Assembly (NCBI GenBank): GCA_021432655.1
Contig: MU271278.1
Span: 1-64,000, forward strand
Direction of reading: 5' to 3'
Source of the DNA: Atractiella rhizophila
Taxonomy: Eukaryota
DNA length: 64,000 nucleotides
Shown here one piece after another: positions 1 to 13,064 of this stretch. The position numbers and the translations under genes are program-made. Below the pieces are notes generated by a model. It did not search any database. It saw only the letters and a list, made by a program, of their open reading frames with translations, and was not told the DNA's origin. Every line of letters begins with the position of its first letter. The stretch's first letter is position 1.

Positions 1-2293
1 AAGAAAGAGAGTCCAGCGACGGCTGTGGCGATGAGGAAGATGACGCGGAATCCTTGACGATACCCTGCTATCGCTGCCGCCTTCTGTGCAGCTGTGAGAG
101 AGGTAGTTGCATCCTGGATAGACGCTGGGTCGTCCAGGATCGAGGATATTAGTTGTTCGGAAAAATTGGCTCCTCGGAGGTGGGAGCGTAGGGAGTTGTT
201 CCTGCCGTCGGATGAACAGAATCAGTTCCATTGGATGCTGTGTCGTGAGGGAATACGTTACAGAATCGTGGAGGCTACACAAATGATTAGGGCAAGAACA
301 GCTCAGCGCAAGGAGAATCGTACCAATTGCCAGGCCAATAGTGCCTCCAAGTTGGCGAATGAAGTTCCTCACAGATGTCACGACTGACATCTCTTTCCGA
401 GGAACCGAAGCCTGAGCAGCAATGAGTGTAGTCTGAAACGTTTGACCTGCACCTATGCCACTTAGTAGAAGGTATCCCACAGCTTGTCCAGGAGTCGAAT
501 GTTCATCCAAAGTCGAAACCAGACCGACTCCAACCGTCCATATCGCCCATCCTAACAGGATGTTGACTTTATATCGACCGGTTCGCGAAACAATCAAGCC
601 TGACACGAGACTAGCGACGGCTTGGATGGACATGAGAGGGAGCAAGAGTAAACCGCTCGTGATTGGAGAATAGCCCCGCAATACTTGGTAGAGTTGAGGG
701 ACGAAGAAGAGGGAGGTGTAGAATATGTGGTCGTTGCCTAAAGAGGTTGCGAGGACACCGGAAATTGTGGCGTTTCGAAAGATTCGGAGAGGGATGATGG
801 GAATGCGAGCTGCCTTCCACTCCCACATCAAGAAAATGGCGAAAATCCCTATCGAGGCGACCAAAATGCCTAGAACGATGCCAGAATCCCAGGGATATTC
901 CACTCCTCCCCAATTAAGCGACAAGAGCAGGAGAACAGAACCGCATGTGATCAAAATAGATCCGCCATAGTCGATTTTCAGCAATTTCCTCCAGGAAAAC
1001 ACACAAGTCAGCAACAAGAAGCTAGTTGTGTCGTTCTACTTACTCCTTGAACTCGCCCTTCACGTGCCGCAGAGGAAGCGCAAAGATGACGACCAGTGAA
1101 GCTATGATAGACAGAGGCAGGTTGATAAAGAAAGACCATCTAAAAGCGATGAAACCATGATTCAAGATTCTGTTCACTGATTCAACTCACCGCCATGTGG
1201 CTTTCTCAGCGAGCACTCCCCCAAGTGTCGGCCCAAATCCGCTTCGTCTCTTGTCAGCCGACGCAATAGGAGGAGTATCCTAAGGCTTACTTTGCGAAAG
1301 CAATTGTGACTCCTATAAAGCCCTGATATTTTCCTCGATCTCTCAAGCTGACAACATCACTGACATCTTGTCAGTCTGATAGCCGCCTTTAAGCAAGAGT
1401 ACCAACCTAATAATAATCATAGTAAGGGATATAATTCCTAGAAACTTCATGATGAGCTAGGTATTGGTGAGAGATGAATGTCATCTTTACCTCCACCTCC
1501 AATGCCAGCAAATGCTCGAAAAACGATTAATTGAGTCATCGACTGTGCAACACCACAAGCGAGCGTCCAGACGAAAAAATTGGCCAACGAGAACAGCATA
1601 ACTCTTTTCCGTCCGAATATGTCGCTGAACCGACCAAAGAGAGGTTGAAAGGATGTCGACGTCAAGAGGTATGCGGTAGCAACCCAAGTCGACTCTTTGC
1701 CCGCTTTGAAGTCTTGGGATATTCGAGGTAAACTCGTGGCGACCTATTGACAATCATGTCTTAATTGATTCTACAGTTTTTTGAAAGTACCTGTGTCTGG
1801 TCCAGCATTGGAAGCACAATGGCGAGTGCGAGACCACAGAAAACCTGTGACATCATCAACACCACTTATGAAGCAGTTATCGAAGAATGCGAACAATTAT
1901 CAAGGCTTTCCGTGGGAGCAAGTTGGTTTGCTCCTGAAGTTGATTATCACTATTTCCAATAGGTGGGTCCTTAGATGATGGCTCTCCAGGGCTGCCTTTC
2001 TCGAGATCATCCGCCTGAGAACCTGAAGGTTCCTCTAGGCCGCTTTTGTTCTCTTCCACATCCTTCCTAATGTCTTCATCAAGACTCTTTTTGTCAAATT
2101 CGTGATCTTTTCCGTCGCTTTTCGTATTATCCTCATCTGTAACGAGAGTTTTTGCATCGTCTCGATGACAAGACGCCGTGTCAGAATGTCGTTTCGGTTT
2201 CGTCTCCAAGTCCTTCCCTCCCAAGGTCGACTCAACCTCAGCTTCGAGCTGAGAGCCCTTTCTCTTCATCTTCAAAACCTTCAGAAAACTCAT
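1..2293 (-). CDS. MFS drug:H+ antiporter (DHA2/14-TM type), multi-exon, 3' end runs off window
   Basis: ATG at 2293, charged N-terminus. Exons encode TSTSFQPLFGRFSDIFGRKRV (MFS motif A), [50 protein letters not shown] and GMGIGAGQTFQTTLIAAQASVPRKEM, separated by ~50-nt GT-AG introns. Confidence 0.9.
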
Positions 2294-2800
2294 TACGAAG
2301 TATCACGAAGCACTGCGACTAAGACCACAACGCAAAAACCTGTGACCTGAATGTAAGGAACTGGACTAGATTTCCCTCTGCTCCCAACTCGAGCTAAGTA
2401 GGTGAAAGCTAGCAACCTTTATATGAAGAAGGCACACGACCCAGCAATGAAATTCGCCTCAGTGGCAGCGGCAGAGAACGGCATTGTCCGCTGTTGAAGC
2501 AACATCGAGGCCGAAGGAAAAGAGCCGTTCGGCCGTGCTACGTGATAGGCACGTGACAACAAGACGGAGAACGAATAATAAATATTATCCCAATAATCAT
2601 CGAGGGATGTGGATATAAACCAATATCGAAAGGTATAGAAGGCTCAATAGTAAAATATCAGCGGGCGTCATCCGTCAATACTGGGCTGAGCGTGCCCGTC
2701 TCCCTGTTAGACTTCCCACAGGAGACTGATCGTCTAGGCACAAGCCATCAGTCATCAGCACTCCAATTAGAAATTCGACACGTTACGCAGGTGCTTCAAG

Positions 2801-4243
2801 CTATTCCTCGTCCTCCTTCCCCTTCTTCTCACGCGAACCACCCACAACGTCCAGCGCAACGAGCACCTTCATCTCCTGCAACCCATACTTGGACGCAACC
2901 TTCCTTTCCTCAACCAACCTCTCCTCCGTCCCTGGCGGATGAGCTCTCAAGACCTCTGCAATTCGATGCGCTTCGTTCCAAATCGCGATCAACTCCGGTA
3001 CCTGCCAACGCCACCATCAAACACAACCAAGTACAATCGTCAGGCCTAATAACGCGTGATATTGGGGGTGAGGTCGGTTCATGGCGGAAAACTGACTTGA
3101 TACGCCGCGCTCAACCCGCTCACTCCAGGAGAAGCGACGAGCCACGTCTCTCCTCCTTCGGGAAGGAGGATCTTGAGCGGCACTACGAACTGGCTCGGTT
3201 TCAATTTGTTCGGTTTGGGTAGTTTGAGCGAGGGTGGGAGCGTGGCGATGATGTGCTCATATATTTTTAAGGCCGTGAAGATGACGATCCTGCTTGTCGA
3301 ATCCATACGTATCAATTTTCTTTGTTGCACTCATCATCAGGGAGAGAACGTAAGCCGCACCGTGGTCTGCATTGCACTATTTTGCGAAACACTTCCGGTA
3401 CGCCACCCTGGCATTCTGCGTCTGATACTTCGGCAAACTAACCCCATGAGAGGACACTCTTTAGCTTATGGGCTACTTAGGAGGAGGAAGGGGACGAACT
3501 TGTCTGGTTGGACGCTGAACTAAGTCCAGTATCCCGATGGAATACTTTAAAGGGAAGTTGGGCGAATCAGGAGGCTTGACTGTGTCACCGTTTGTAAAAC
3601 CTGGATACATAGATATCATTCCACTGAAGCAGACGCTAAAAGTGGGTTACCGCTTTGTGAGAGGACTTTGTAGAATCGGTTGCCAGGATGAGCATAATGG
3701 TAGCCTGTTTGTATTCAACTTTTTGTGGCTGAAATACTGTAAGTGAAAGAATATGTATACCTTGTTTAGACGACTCTATTCCAGGATTGCAACCACAGAA
3801 GACGACTGTCAACACAAACATCAATTCTCTGTAATGATGCACTTTTGGAACGAGAACTCACCATGCAGATTCTCGCCCAACCTATCAGTGATAGGTTCAA
3901 GACCTTGATACGCCTTCGGATCCATATTCGGTTTCTTTCCAACCCTCACTTTCTTCTTCACAGTCTCGACAGAAGCTTCCCCATCCACTGTATTAAGACT
4001 CCTCTTTCGCTTCACCCTCTCCACATCGCCAGAGGTCACCTCCGTGGACGCGGAATCGCTTTCTTCTCGTTGTTTATCGCTCTTAGTAGCTACTGAGAGA
4101 GAAGCAGTGCCAGGATGCAGCCTGGGACTTCTACGTGGCGGTTTGGAAGCCTCTGCAGAGTCAGCCATGTCTGAGAAGGCGAAGCCTGCAAGCATGTCTG
4201 CGAACAGTTTGCCAGAGTTTGATTGGGATACAGAGGGTGCCAT
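2801..4243 (-). CDS. G/U mismatch-specific uracil/thymine DNA glycosylase (TDG/Mug family), multi-exon
   Basis: Basic N-terminal extension, then VVFCGCNPG (family catalytic Asn motif), GYHYAHPGNRFYKVL, YSIGILDLVQRPTR and SPGVSGLSAAY. Last exon ends at 2801. Confidence 0.85.
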
Positions 4244-4505
4244 TGCGCGCCTCTAATGCGGTTATGAATGCTGTGTAACTGTGTGAAAGACCGATGTGAA
4301 CGTAGTCATCAATGTGAATATGCATTCTGAAGAAGAACATGGAGCCCCGCAACCCGAATGAGTCAACGGCGCATTCCGATCCTCCGGCTAGAACCTGTCC
4401 GACCTGCCCGGTGTGCCGAGCTTTCAGGGCACAACAGCAAAGGAAGTCACACTCTCAACAAATCCCGCGTAACAAGTTCAGAGTAACAGGTGTCTAGAAA
4501 AGGAA

Positions 4506-5703
4506 ATGCGTGTGCAAGACAAAATCATCTTTGTCACTGGCGGTTCTTCTGGTCAGCTCAATCTTTCTCTCTTTTCAAACAGGCATCTAACAATACACAA
4601 CTTTATCTATTCAGGTCTTGGTCTCGCATGTGTACAATCTCTGGTTGAGAAAGGTGCCCTTGTAGCTGTCCTAGACGTCAATGAAGAAGTAGGGGAAGAG
4701 CTAGTGAAGCGATTCAAGCCAGTTCGCTATTTCTTCACAATATTTCCGTCAAAAAGGCACCTTAGAACATCATATTCTTGGCGTATAGAACTTATTTTTT
4801 GCCCAAGCGGATGTAAGAGACGAGGAAGCGATCAAAGCGATCATCGAACGCGCACAGAAGCATTGGCCTAAGAAGAGGATCGGTGGTGTTATCAACTGTG
4901 CAGGTTTCGGCATCGCTGGGAAGGTGAATTTGCTTCTTTCTTTGTTGCATGAGCCTGATATGGAACGCTAGATTGTTAACCGCGATGGCAGCGTGTTCTC
5001 CCTGGACGCGTTCCGTCAAATTTTGGACGTAAACTTAGTTCGTTATATTCCCACTTACACCATTCGGCTGGTTTATGTTGACGTAGACAGGCACTTTCAA
5101 CGTATCGGCACAAGTGGCATCAGCTATCGTCCTTCAAGAAAAGTCTCTACCGGCTGATGAGGAAGACAAGGGAGTGATAATCCTCGTGTCCTCAAATTCA
5201 TATAACCAAGGTCAAACGGGCCAGGTGGGCTCCTCTCATCCTCTTGTGTCACAATGATTATATATGTTTACGGTTCGAAAACAGACCGCTTACGCCTCGA
5301 GTAAAGCTGGTGTGGCCTCTCTTGCGCTTCCCATGGCTAGAGACCTATCACGGGACGGTAAGTCAATTGACAGAGTCAATGTCTCGCCTACTGAAACGAC
5401 TTTCAATCCAGGAATTCGAGTCGTAGGCATCGCACCGTCTCTCTTCGTGCGTTCCCAATACTCATATTATTCAAAAAGACCGATCGCTGACTTACCAACG
5501 TTGACCTGTCGTTGTAGGCGACGCCGATGGCCACCAAGCTCCCTTCAAAAACGCTCAAGCAATTGGAGAGCCAAGCTGTCTTTCCCACCAGATTAGGAAA
5601 AGGGGAGGAATTTGCGAGCCTTTGTATGGAAGTGATAGGGAATGGGTACCTCAATGGGACTGTGCTACATTTGGATGCGGCGACGAGGATGTCGAAGATC
5701 TAA
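4506..5703 (+). CDS. Short-chain dehydrogenase/reductase, HSD17B10 (3-hydroxyacyl-CoA dehydrogenase type 2)-like, multi-exon
   Basis: VTGGSSGLG Rossmann motif, VINCAG, GQTGQ-TAYASSKAGV (YxxxK), LPMARDL, GIRVVGIAPSLF, NGYLNGTVLHLDAATRM; TAA at 5701-5703. Confidence 0.9.
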
Positions 5704-6117
5704 ACTTATGTTTCTGTGTTTTAGATGTCGTTCCTCATTCTTCACTCAAAGGAAATGTGCAATCGTATGCCATATTGAGGATGAAGAAAGTGGTGACATT
5801 TAAAGCACGGGTATAGATGGCCTGGGCGCCCACCTACCTGACGCAGTGGTAGCTTTCAGTTTCATTTCACGAAGACGGGGCAAGACAACAATACAAGCCA
5901 ACACCATATACCCATTCAAGGAAAAGTGATACCAAAGTCCAATGGCGTGGAAAATTACAAATGCAAGAACTACTAGAAGAACTGACCCATTACTGCTTCT
6001 TTGCAACAACATGAACACCATACTGTGATGAAGAGTACTGATCGTGAGTGTCCACATCTGGCGAAAGATCGAGCCTATGTTCCCAATTGGACCCTTGTTC
6101 AGTTTGTTCTCGAATGA

Positions 6118-7604
6118 TCAATTAACGGACCCCTTTTCCAAGTTTGTCACACTTTCACCTTTGACGACCGCGTCTTCGAAACTAATGGGCAAAGCAGTGC
6201 CGTCCATTTGTCTCCCGAGCTTCTCAAGTCGTACTTCTCCCCTTCCATGCGTACCAGGTTGATTATGATTCCCAAAGGTCGGATTCATGTTGTTTCGAAG
6301 CCTGGATCCACTGCCGCTCGAAGGACCTTCCTCTCGCACGTTCACAGAACCGACAGACCGGAGATGGAGAACAATGCGACAGGCCATCATTGGGGTGAAT
6401 GTCACTGAAAGCGGTACGTTGAGTGCTGGATTGACCACCCCAGGGATACTGTCTCATTCACAAGTTCCAATTAAGCGAATGTAAACATATACGATCGTTG
6501 GAGAGATAACGAGGACGACAAACCTGAAGTAAACTGCATTAATTAGGTTGCAGATGGATACCACAACAAAGTATATGAGTCCATCGCGGGCAAAGATGGT
6601 GAGGAGGCGTGTGCGAGGTGCCTTGCGCCAGTGAGAAATGAGCGGGCTGTGCTAGTTTTCAGTCACAATGTTGTACATAATTAGCACTGGACGCACATAA
6701 TAACGAATATCGTGACCGTCGTGTCGTAGAGCAGAAGCGAGACCCTGAATTCTTCTCATTAATTTAGTAAATCTGCTGTCGAGCGGCGGACCAGGAAACC
6801 CATATGTAGCTTCAAGAGATATCAACTTCCTAGACATCAACAGAGAAAGAAGAAAATCACCTCTGGTCGGCGCGGGCAGAGATACATCCACGCAAGCCAT
6901 GAGGTCTATTCGATATGTCAATGACGCTCTCCCAAACCAAACTTTGAGCAGGTACAAATGTAATGGTTTGTTCGGGGCAAGCGTCCAAATCTGAAGAGCA
7001 GCAGCAGATATCGCAGATATTCCAAAGAACCAAGCAATCCATCTCCGGCGGTTCCACACTACTAACACTCTCGCAACCAGCAGGAACTCACAACTCACTG
7101 CATTCATATACGTCAGCCCCCTTGCTTTCAGATTGAGGGAGAGATAGCCACGGGAGATAATCAGGGTGGACAGGGGCGGGAGAAGATGAATCTTGTTGCA
7201 TGTCTTCAGGTCAATCTTGAGCCAGTAGAGGCACATGAACCCGACTAAGTGTAGGAGACCTCCGTAGCTTCATATTTCACGTCAGCCTTCCTGCATGTTA
7301 CAACAGAGTGGCTTGCCGGCTGATGAAGAAAGCGACGCGGACAGGTGTCCAGCGCTCAGCATTCCACATCGTCCTGTATTCGTCTGGGAAAGTAAGGATG
7401 AAATCCCAACCGTAGATAGCAAAGCACGCTGTTCTCCAGTTCAAGTTCAAGGAGCTTGACTCGCAGAAGTAAGAAAGAGAGCGAACCAGTCAAATATGTA
7501 CGACTAGCAGAAAGAACCTCTTCGATAGCTGCACGTTGGAGAGCAAGATCCAGCTGTTCTTCTACTGTGGGATCCGGACCAGTTGAAGGATTGGAGGATG
7601 ACAT
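6118..7604 (-). CDS. Basidiomycete multi-pass membrane protein, DUF6533-like
   Basis: Spliced exons give YVWDFILTFPDEYRTMW, LLTIFARDGLIYFVV and MMACRIVLHLR, which are typical of this fungal 7-TM-like family; several hydrophobic segments. Confidence 0.75.
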
Positions 7605-8348
7605 CCTCCGCTTCTAGGGACAGATTTGAATTCTAAATTGCCCTTCTCAGCCGAGACGAGATGGCCTGAAATGAAGACCTCTTTTATACTTGTGGAATGA
7701 ATTAGAGGATATGTTGCTGCATGAGCGTTGATTCCTCTCTGAAAGATTTCACTTTTGGCGGGGAAGACAATGTAACGCTCGAGAAAAGACCCACGCTTCT
7801 GACCGGGCGCCAGCATGGAGACTGCTCTGAGATCACGATTTCCTGCCAAAAGTCCCCACCTCCAAGACCTCACTGTTTCTGCCAACACTTCTGCATCGAA
7901 TTCGGCATGATTCTGACTCTGAGAACATCCCAGAGAGTTATTTCAACCGTGCCAGATGGAGAATCTTCGATAAAAGAAGCATCGATAACAAACTTTGTAC
8001 TATGGATTATGCATTACGTTGCTCCAATCATAAGCCGAATAAATCAAACCTCCAGCTCGCTCCATCTCCTCCTCTTTCTTTCCGAACTCTGAGTGGACTT
8101 CTGCTTTGCATGGGCACGTTCTGAATTTCTGAAAGTAAGATGCTGAGGAGAACCTCCATCGTCATAGCATGATCGAATGGGCTCATCCTTTGACAGCACT
8201 GCATTGGAGGAAATAAACCAGCGTTCTTCCGGGGAACAAACTTCTTCGAATGCAAAGATGAACTTTGCAGCGACGAGGAAAGAGGGCACAGTGCCGCAGT
8301 CGCATTCATTTGTATTTGTTCATTTAGTGGTTTGAGCGTCATCTCAGC

Positions 8349-8888
8349 CTAGACCATCAGCATTACTCGTGTAGAACTACTGAATTTCCGTATCAATATC
8401 TGGTGCCAACCTGAGTGATGGCGCAGCTCAAGCCCACTGAAGAAAAGAAATTGTCGATGAGGACAAAGAACCAAGATTCGATGCTGCAGCCAGGATTGAA
8501 GAGGAACTGAGAATGAAGAGGGAAGGTAGGGAAGGTCTTTGATGAGACAACATTGAACTTGTCTACAATATCCGATGTGAGAGCAGGCAATGATAGACGA
8601 TTCGATATGCAAGCAGTGCAGTTCGGGTGAAAGTAAAATCAGATCAAGTATAAAGTAACTGACCTCTTCCACCGAGTCCACCCTCAGTCTCGTCCTTCCC
8701 TCCCCTTCTCCCTCCACCGTGTTCTGTGTGCTTATCGGACTCGTCATCCCTATCCAAACACCGCGCTCCTCTTTCCACTGGAGTACAATAAAAGAATACT
8801 GCGGTGGGTGGCGCGATGGTATCGTTACGGGTATGGGAGAGCCTGAGGGGTTGTATCTGTGACCTGAGATGCTTAAGTTCGATGGCAT
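8349..8888 (-). CDS. Hypothetical protein or gene fragment; first exon weakly resembles proteasome assembly chaperone PAC4-like N-termini
   Basis: ATG at 8888 after a pyrimidine-rich leader; YSFIVLQWKEERGVWIG; donor-like gtcagt near 8663. No convincing downstream exons were found. Confidence 0.25.
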   Translation of the reverse strand: MPSNLSISGHRYNPSGSPIPVTIPSRHPPQYSFIVLQWKEERGVWIGMTSPISTQNTVEGEGEGRTRLRVDSVEEVSYFILDLILLSPELHCLHIESSIIACSHIGYCRQVQCCLIKDLPYLPSSFSVPLQSWLQHRILVLCPHRQFLFFSGLELRHHSGWHQILIRKFSSSTRVMLMV

Positions 8889-9142
8889 GCAAGGGATGTG
8901 AGACCCGCGTTTGAAGCGAAGAGAAGGTGAAGGGCGAGTGAGACAGGGAAGAGTGGGAGACAGGGAAGAGTGCGATGTGGAGGGCCAGAGGAAGGAGGAG
9001 GCAATCTCTGGACCAGAATTCAGCCCTGGATTCGCCTCGGAGTTCTTGCCAGTGTAAAGAAACCGTGATAGAGTAGATGATTGAGTAATACTTCAGCACA
9101 GCTTTTCACAAGTTCTTCCCGCTTATTTGTCACTAGCAGCAG

Positions 9143-10133
9143 TCACTCGGTCAGTTCATATGTTACTATTCTGTCTTCTTCTTTTCTTTCAAATCAAGAT
9201 ACCTCGCGTAAGCCAACTTCCATATCTTTCCTCCCTTTGACTCGATTACGTCACCTGTACGAATGTCAGCATTTTACTACGAGCCATTTGCCCAAAGGGT
9301 CACCATGACAGGGAATAATTTTTTCGATGTCCCAGCTGGCAACTCTTCGTGCACTCTCTCGCATGAGCGTCGTATCCTTCCCTCCTGAATGCATACTCGC
9401 CACAAATCCATCGTGGAACCACTTTGCCGGCTGGAAGATGGACACCATTGATCTGCCACCAAGAAACCATGGTGTTGAGGACTTGGTTGATTTTGAGTAT
9501 TGCTCATCTGCTGGGAGGTTGAAAATGAGGTCTGCAAGTACTAGTGTCTTCGATGGCGTGTGGTACAGCGCAATATCCTTGTTCTACCCTCAATATATCA
9601 GTCAACACTCCTTCATTGGGAGTTGGGAGAATCTGAGAAAAGCAAACCTTGAAAGTCTCGAAATATTCAAACAACACCTCCCCGCCTTCCAACTCCGTCA
9701 AGCCCTTCTCGCCATCCTTCCAAACCGCATAAAATTCCAAACCTTTCATCTCTTCCATCTCTGTGACCTTCTTGGGAGCCAACAATTTCGCGTTCGGAAA
9801 TGCCTTTGCCCATTGACGAAGGTAGAGGTAGTGCACATCATCCGGTGAGAACAGGTACGAAACTTCCTGGGGTTGAATTGCGGCCAGAGTTGCGGGAGTG
9901 AGAGGAGTGGAAGCGAGTACTAAATGCGTGTTGTTCTTCAAACGGATGGATACGCTTCGACCGCCGATTGGAACGAGGATGTAGCGGTAAAAGGGCTTGG
10001 AGAAAGTCGTGATGTTGTCATTCACCTTCCTAATCTGCATCCACATTCAGACTTTGGCATTTTTATAAGTGAAAAGTAGACGTACGACAAGCTCTGGGTC
10101 TTCGCTAGAGAGAATGTGACGGTCGACAACCAT
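9143..10133 (-). CDS. DUF4336-like / metallo-beta-lactamase-fold protein, multi-exon
   Basis: ATG at 10133. Motifs ITTFSKPFYR, IGGRSVSIRL, SPDDVHYLYLRQWAKAFPNAK, NKDIALYHTPSKTLVLADLIFNLP and WDIEKIIPCHGDVIE; TGA at 9143-9145. Confidence 0.8.
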
Positions 10134-11136
10134 GGTACTTTGATATCACCTCAGTATACTATCACACCACCAACGTCATCACAAAAACGCTCACGGCTTA
10201 GCACGCGACGCTCGCGTTATGGCCCTGTTTTGGAATGGGCGAAGCGTAGAGGGAGTCAGACGAAAGCGTTCAGCACACCGTTCAGGTGCAAATCTTGCGC
10301 AAAAGTTGGTCGCTTTGTTCCATGCTGCAACCATCATTTCATTGACGAAGTTGCCGAAGAAAGCGAGCAGAATGCGGTCCCGGCTAACTCACGTCGGACT
10401 CCCATTCTCATTGAAGACTGCTTCGTTAGGTTTGGTTAGACATTATCAGAAGTGTCAAAATAGGGATAGGGCATCTTTATTCAGGAATTATTGCGCTTTT
10501 GGAGAATCGGGCGCCTCCTGGAACGTCCCGTGTAAACAACAGTGCCAAAAGGCTTCAATGTGTAATTTACTGGCTGTAACGTGAGTATGGTAGTAAAGAG
10601 GTAGTTAGTAAATGTGAGCAGCAACTTCAAGTTGCAATTTTTCCTCACCAAGTCGGGTGTGTTGCAGAAGTCAGCTGGCAATTGGGTGGAGGCATCGAGG
10701 GCCAGGTGCAGGACAACAACCATTCCAGTCGTCCTCTATCCTTTTCATTGCGTCATAAAGGATGGTGTGCTCCTCATTCCGACCATCAAACCCCCTTATA
10801 TAACTGAATCTTTGGTGAACAACAAACGATGCGTTAATACATGGTGACGCTTCTCTTGCAGTTAATTCCAGCTGGTCTTGTTCTGTGATAGAGTATACCG
10901 GCATACTTAAACTTCCTGCTGCTCAATACCACTTATAAGTTGATACTGATGCGTTTGTGAGAGAGATGGATTTCACTGAATGCCTGTGAAGTGGATGCCT
11001 CATGCTAGCCTTCAAAGTTGCGATAATTCACTTTTGTCTCTCAGCTCAAGCCTAAGACCGTTTAACATCAGAGAGAAAACAATTTATTTTCTGTTAAATT
11101 CTTCACATTTGTTTAGTTTGACACGGGTACTGTGAG

Positions 11137-11946
11137 TTACTTCTGACCCTCCATAATCTTGATGCTCGCGCTCGCACCGACCCTGTCAGCGCCGGCTTCC
11201 CTCATTTTCTCAAAATCCTCATAAGTCCTAATCCCACCACTAGCTTTTACTCTTCCCTTCCCTTCCCCCACGTTTTCACAACACCATTTCATGATCCTGA
11301 CGGCCTCCACGCTCGCTCCGCCCGCCGCATTGAAACCGGTACTGGTCTTGATAAAATCCGCACCAGCAAGAAGGGAGATACAACTGGCGATCGCAATCTT
11401 CTCCGGCTTCAGGACGGCGGTTTCGAGGATGACTTTTAAAGTGACGTTGTGTTCGTGACAAAGAAGTGCGAGCTGTCGGATCTCATCGAAACAAGCCCAA
11501 TAATTTTCTTCACCCAGCCATCCCAAATTGATCACCATGTCGATCTCCTTAATAAATCCTTTCCCGTTTTCAATGCACCACTTCGTCTCTTGAAGCTTGG
11601 TTTCTGTCGCATTCGCTCCTAGGGGGAATCCAACAACTGCACAGAGAAAGGGGAAGAATTCGGCATTTTCTTCTTTCGCCTTTTGAAGGAGCGAAGCGGC
11701 ATGGGGAACCCATACTGAATTGATGCAGATAGCTGCGAATCGATGGGTCAGGGCTACGGAAACGAGCTTGGAGACGTCGGACGATGTCGCAGTGGCTGCC
11801 AAGACAGTATGATCAATGTAGGAGGGTACGGGATTTTTAGGATATGGAGATGACGGGGCAGGTGGAGGAATGGGAATGTGGGGGATTGATGTGGAAAGGA
11901 AGACCGAAAGTGAGTCCGCTGTGATCAAGGGTGGTGCGGGAAGCAT
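11137..11946 (-). CDS. deoC: Deoxyribose-phosphate aldolase (DERA, DeoC type), intronless
   Basis: IDHTVL, VVGFPLGA, EIDMVIN, LKVILET, GADFIKTSTGF (Schiff-base Lys), VKASGGIRT, GADRVGAS. Confidence 0.95.
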   Translation of the reverse strand: MLPAPPLITADSLSVFLSTSIPHIPIPPPAPSSPYPKNPVPSYIDHTVLAATATSSDVSKLVSVALTHRFAAICINSVWVPHAASLLQKAKEENAEFFPFLCAVVGFPLGANATETKLQETKWCIENGKGFIKEIDMVINLGWLGEENYWACFDEIRQLALLCHEHNVTLKVILETAVLKPEKIAIASCISLLAGADFIKTSTGFNAAGGASVEAVRIMKWCCENVGEGKGRVKASGGIRTYEDFEKMREAGADRVGASASIKIMEGQK

Positions 11947-13064
11947 GATAAGTGGAATGTCGTGAATTCTCTGGGATGCAAGTTAGCATTGCTCTGAGAG
12001 GACTACATCCGAGAAAGAGTCACAAAACTAAACAAGGATTGTCAGTTCTATCTGCTCTCCGTTCTGGCCCAATTCTTCTGATTGGCGTTTTTCTTTTATG
12101 CTGTGGGCCAGGCGGAAGCAAATGATCATGCCCCTGGCCAGCTTGGATATCAATCGATCTTGAGTTGTGGCTTAGGCTGGATCTATGTGGCACCCCGCAA
12201 AGCATATCCAAGTCCACTATTATTGCAGCACTGGCAGCCTCCTCGCACTCGCATTCTCGGAAGAGTTATCTCACTTCCAAAACCGTCTTCATCGGTGGGG
12301 CGGCAGGGCAATGACTGGCTCAAAACAGCGAGCATTTGAAGCCATTGTGCGGATTCTCTAAGGATCCGATGTCGGATCAGATCAAATCGCATTGTCAGCT
12401 CAGGATCCACTTTTTAAGGCTAAGCTGAAATATGAACTATGTGGCTTGCGCTTTCGCCTGCAACTACGCCTGCCAGTGCATACTCCAGATGAGTAAATGC
12501 CGTTATTTTACGGCCCTTCTTCAAGCAGACGACTGGAAGCGTTGCCTTGATGGCACGGTTCTTGCAGCAGTTCTTGCTGCACAGCTGTTCTTCGCTTCTA
12601 CATGCACGAGGCGATATATATCATGGCTTACACGATCCATCTTGGAGCCCTCCTTAGAAGGGGTCAAACACTGACTAAAAGAAAAGCATATCCGATCGAA
12701 GGAATGTGCTTACCTTTTGGTATTAGTGGTAATGCAGAATCTATCCTTCGCGTGGATTTCTCTGTTCCTGAAATTCCTCACACGGTGCAGTGCCTTCCCA
12801 GATCCCAGATCTCACACTTCCAGCTGTTGCAGTTCGAGTTTCGACAACTTTGAAAACTCAAACCAAACTCAGCTCCGAACCTTTCGCTCGTGTTCATTAA
12901 ACGTTGGTAACCTTGCACAGGCTAAACCGAGCGGGTGTTGCTTGATCTGGTGCTTGTTCCGCATCCTTATAAATTTGGCGAACTTCCTTTGAGATTGGGA
13001 TCGTCCTCACCGATATCCTCCTCTGATCGGCTCAGCTCCCTTTCACCTCTAATCCGCGCTTCTC

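Noticed and set aside
10200..10950. Possible small spliced gene on the minus strand
   Set aside because: Intron-like signals are present but no consistent frame or recognisable motif could be built.
2801..11946. TDG plus DERA as a nucleotide-salvage gene cluster
   Set aside because: Separated by unrelated genes; nothing beyond loose proximity supports it.
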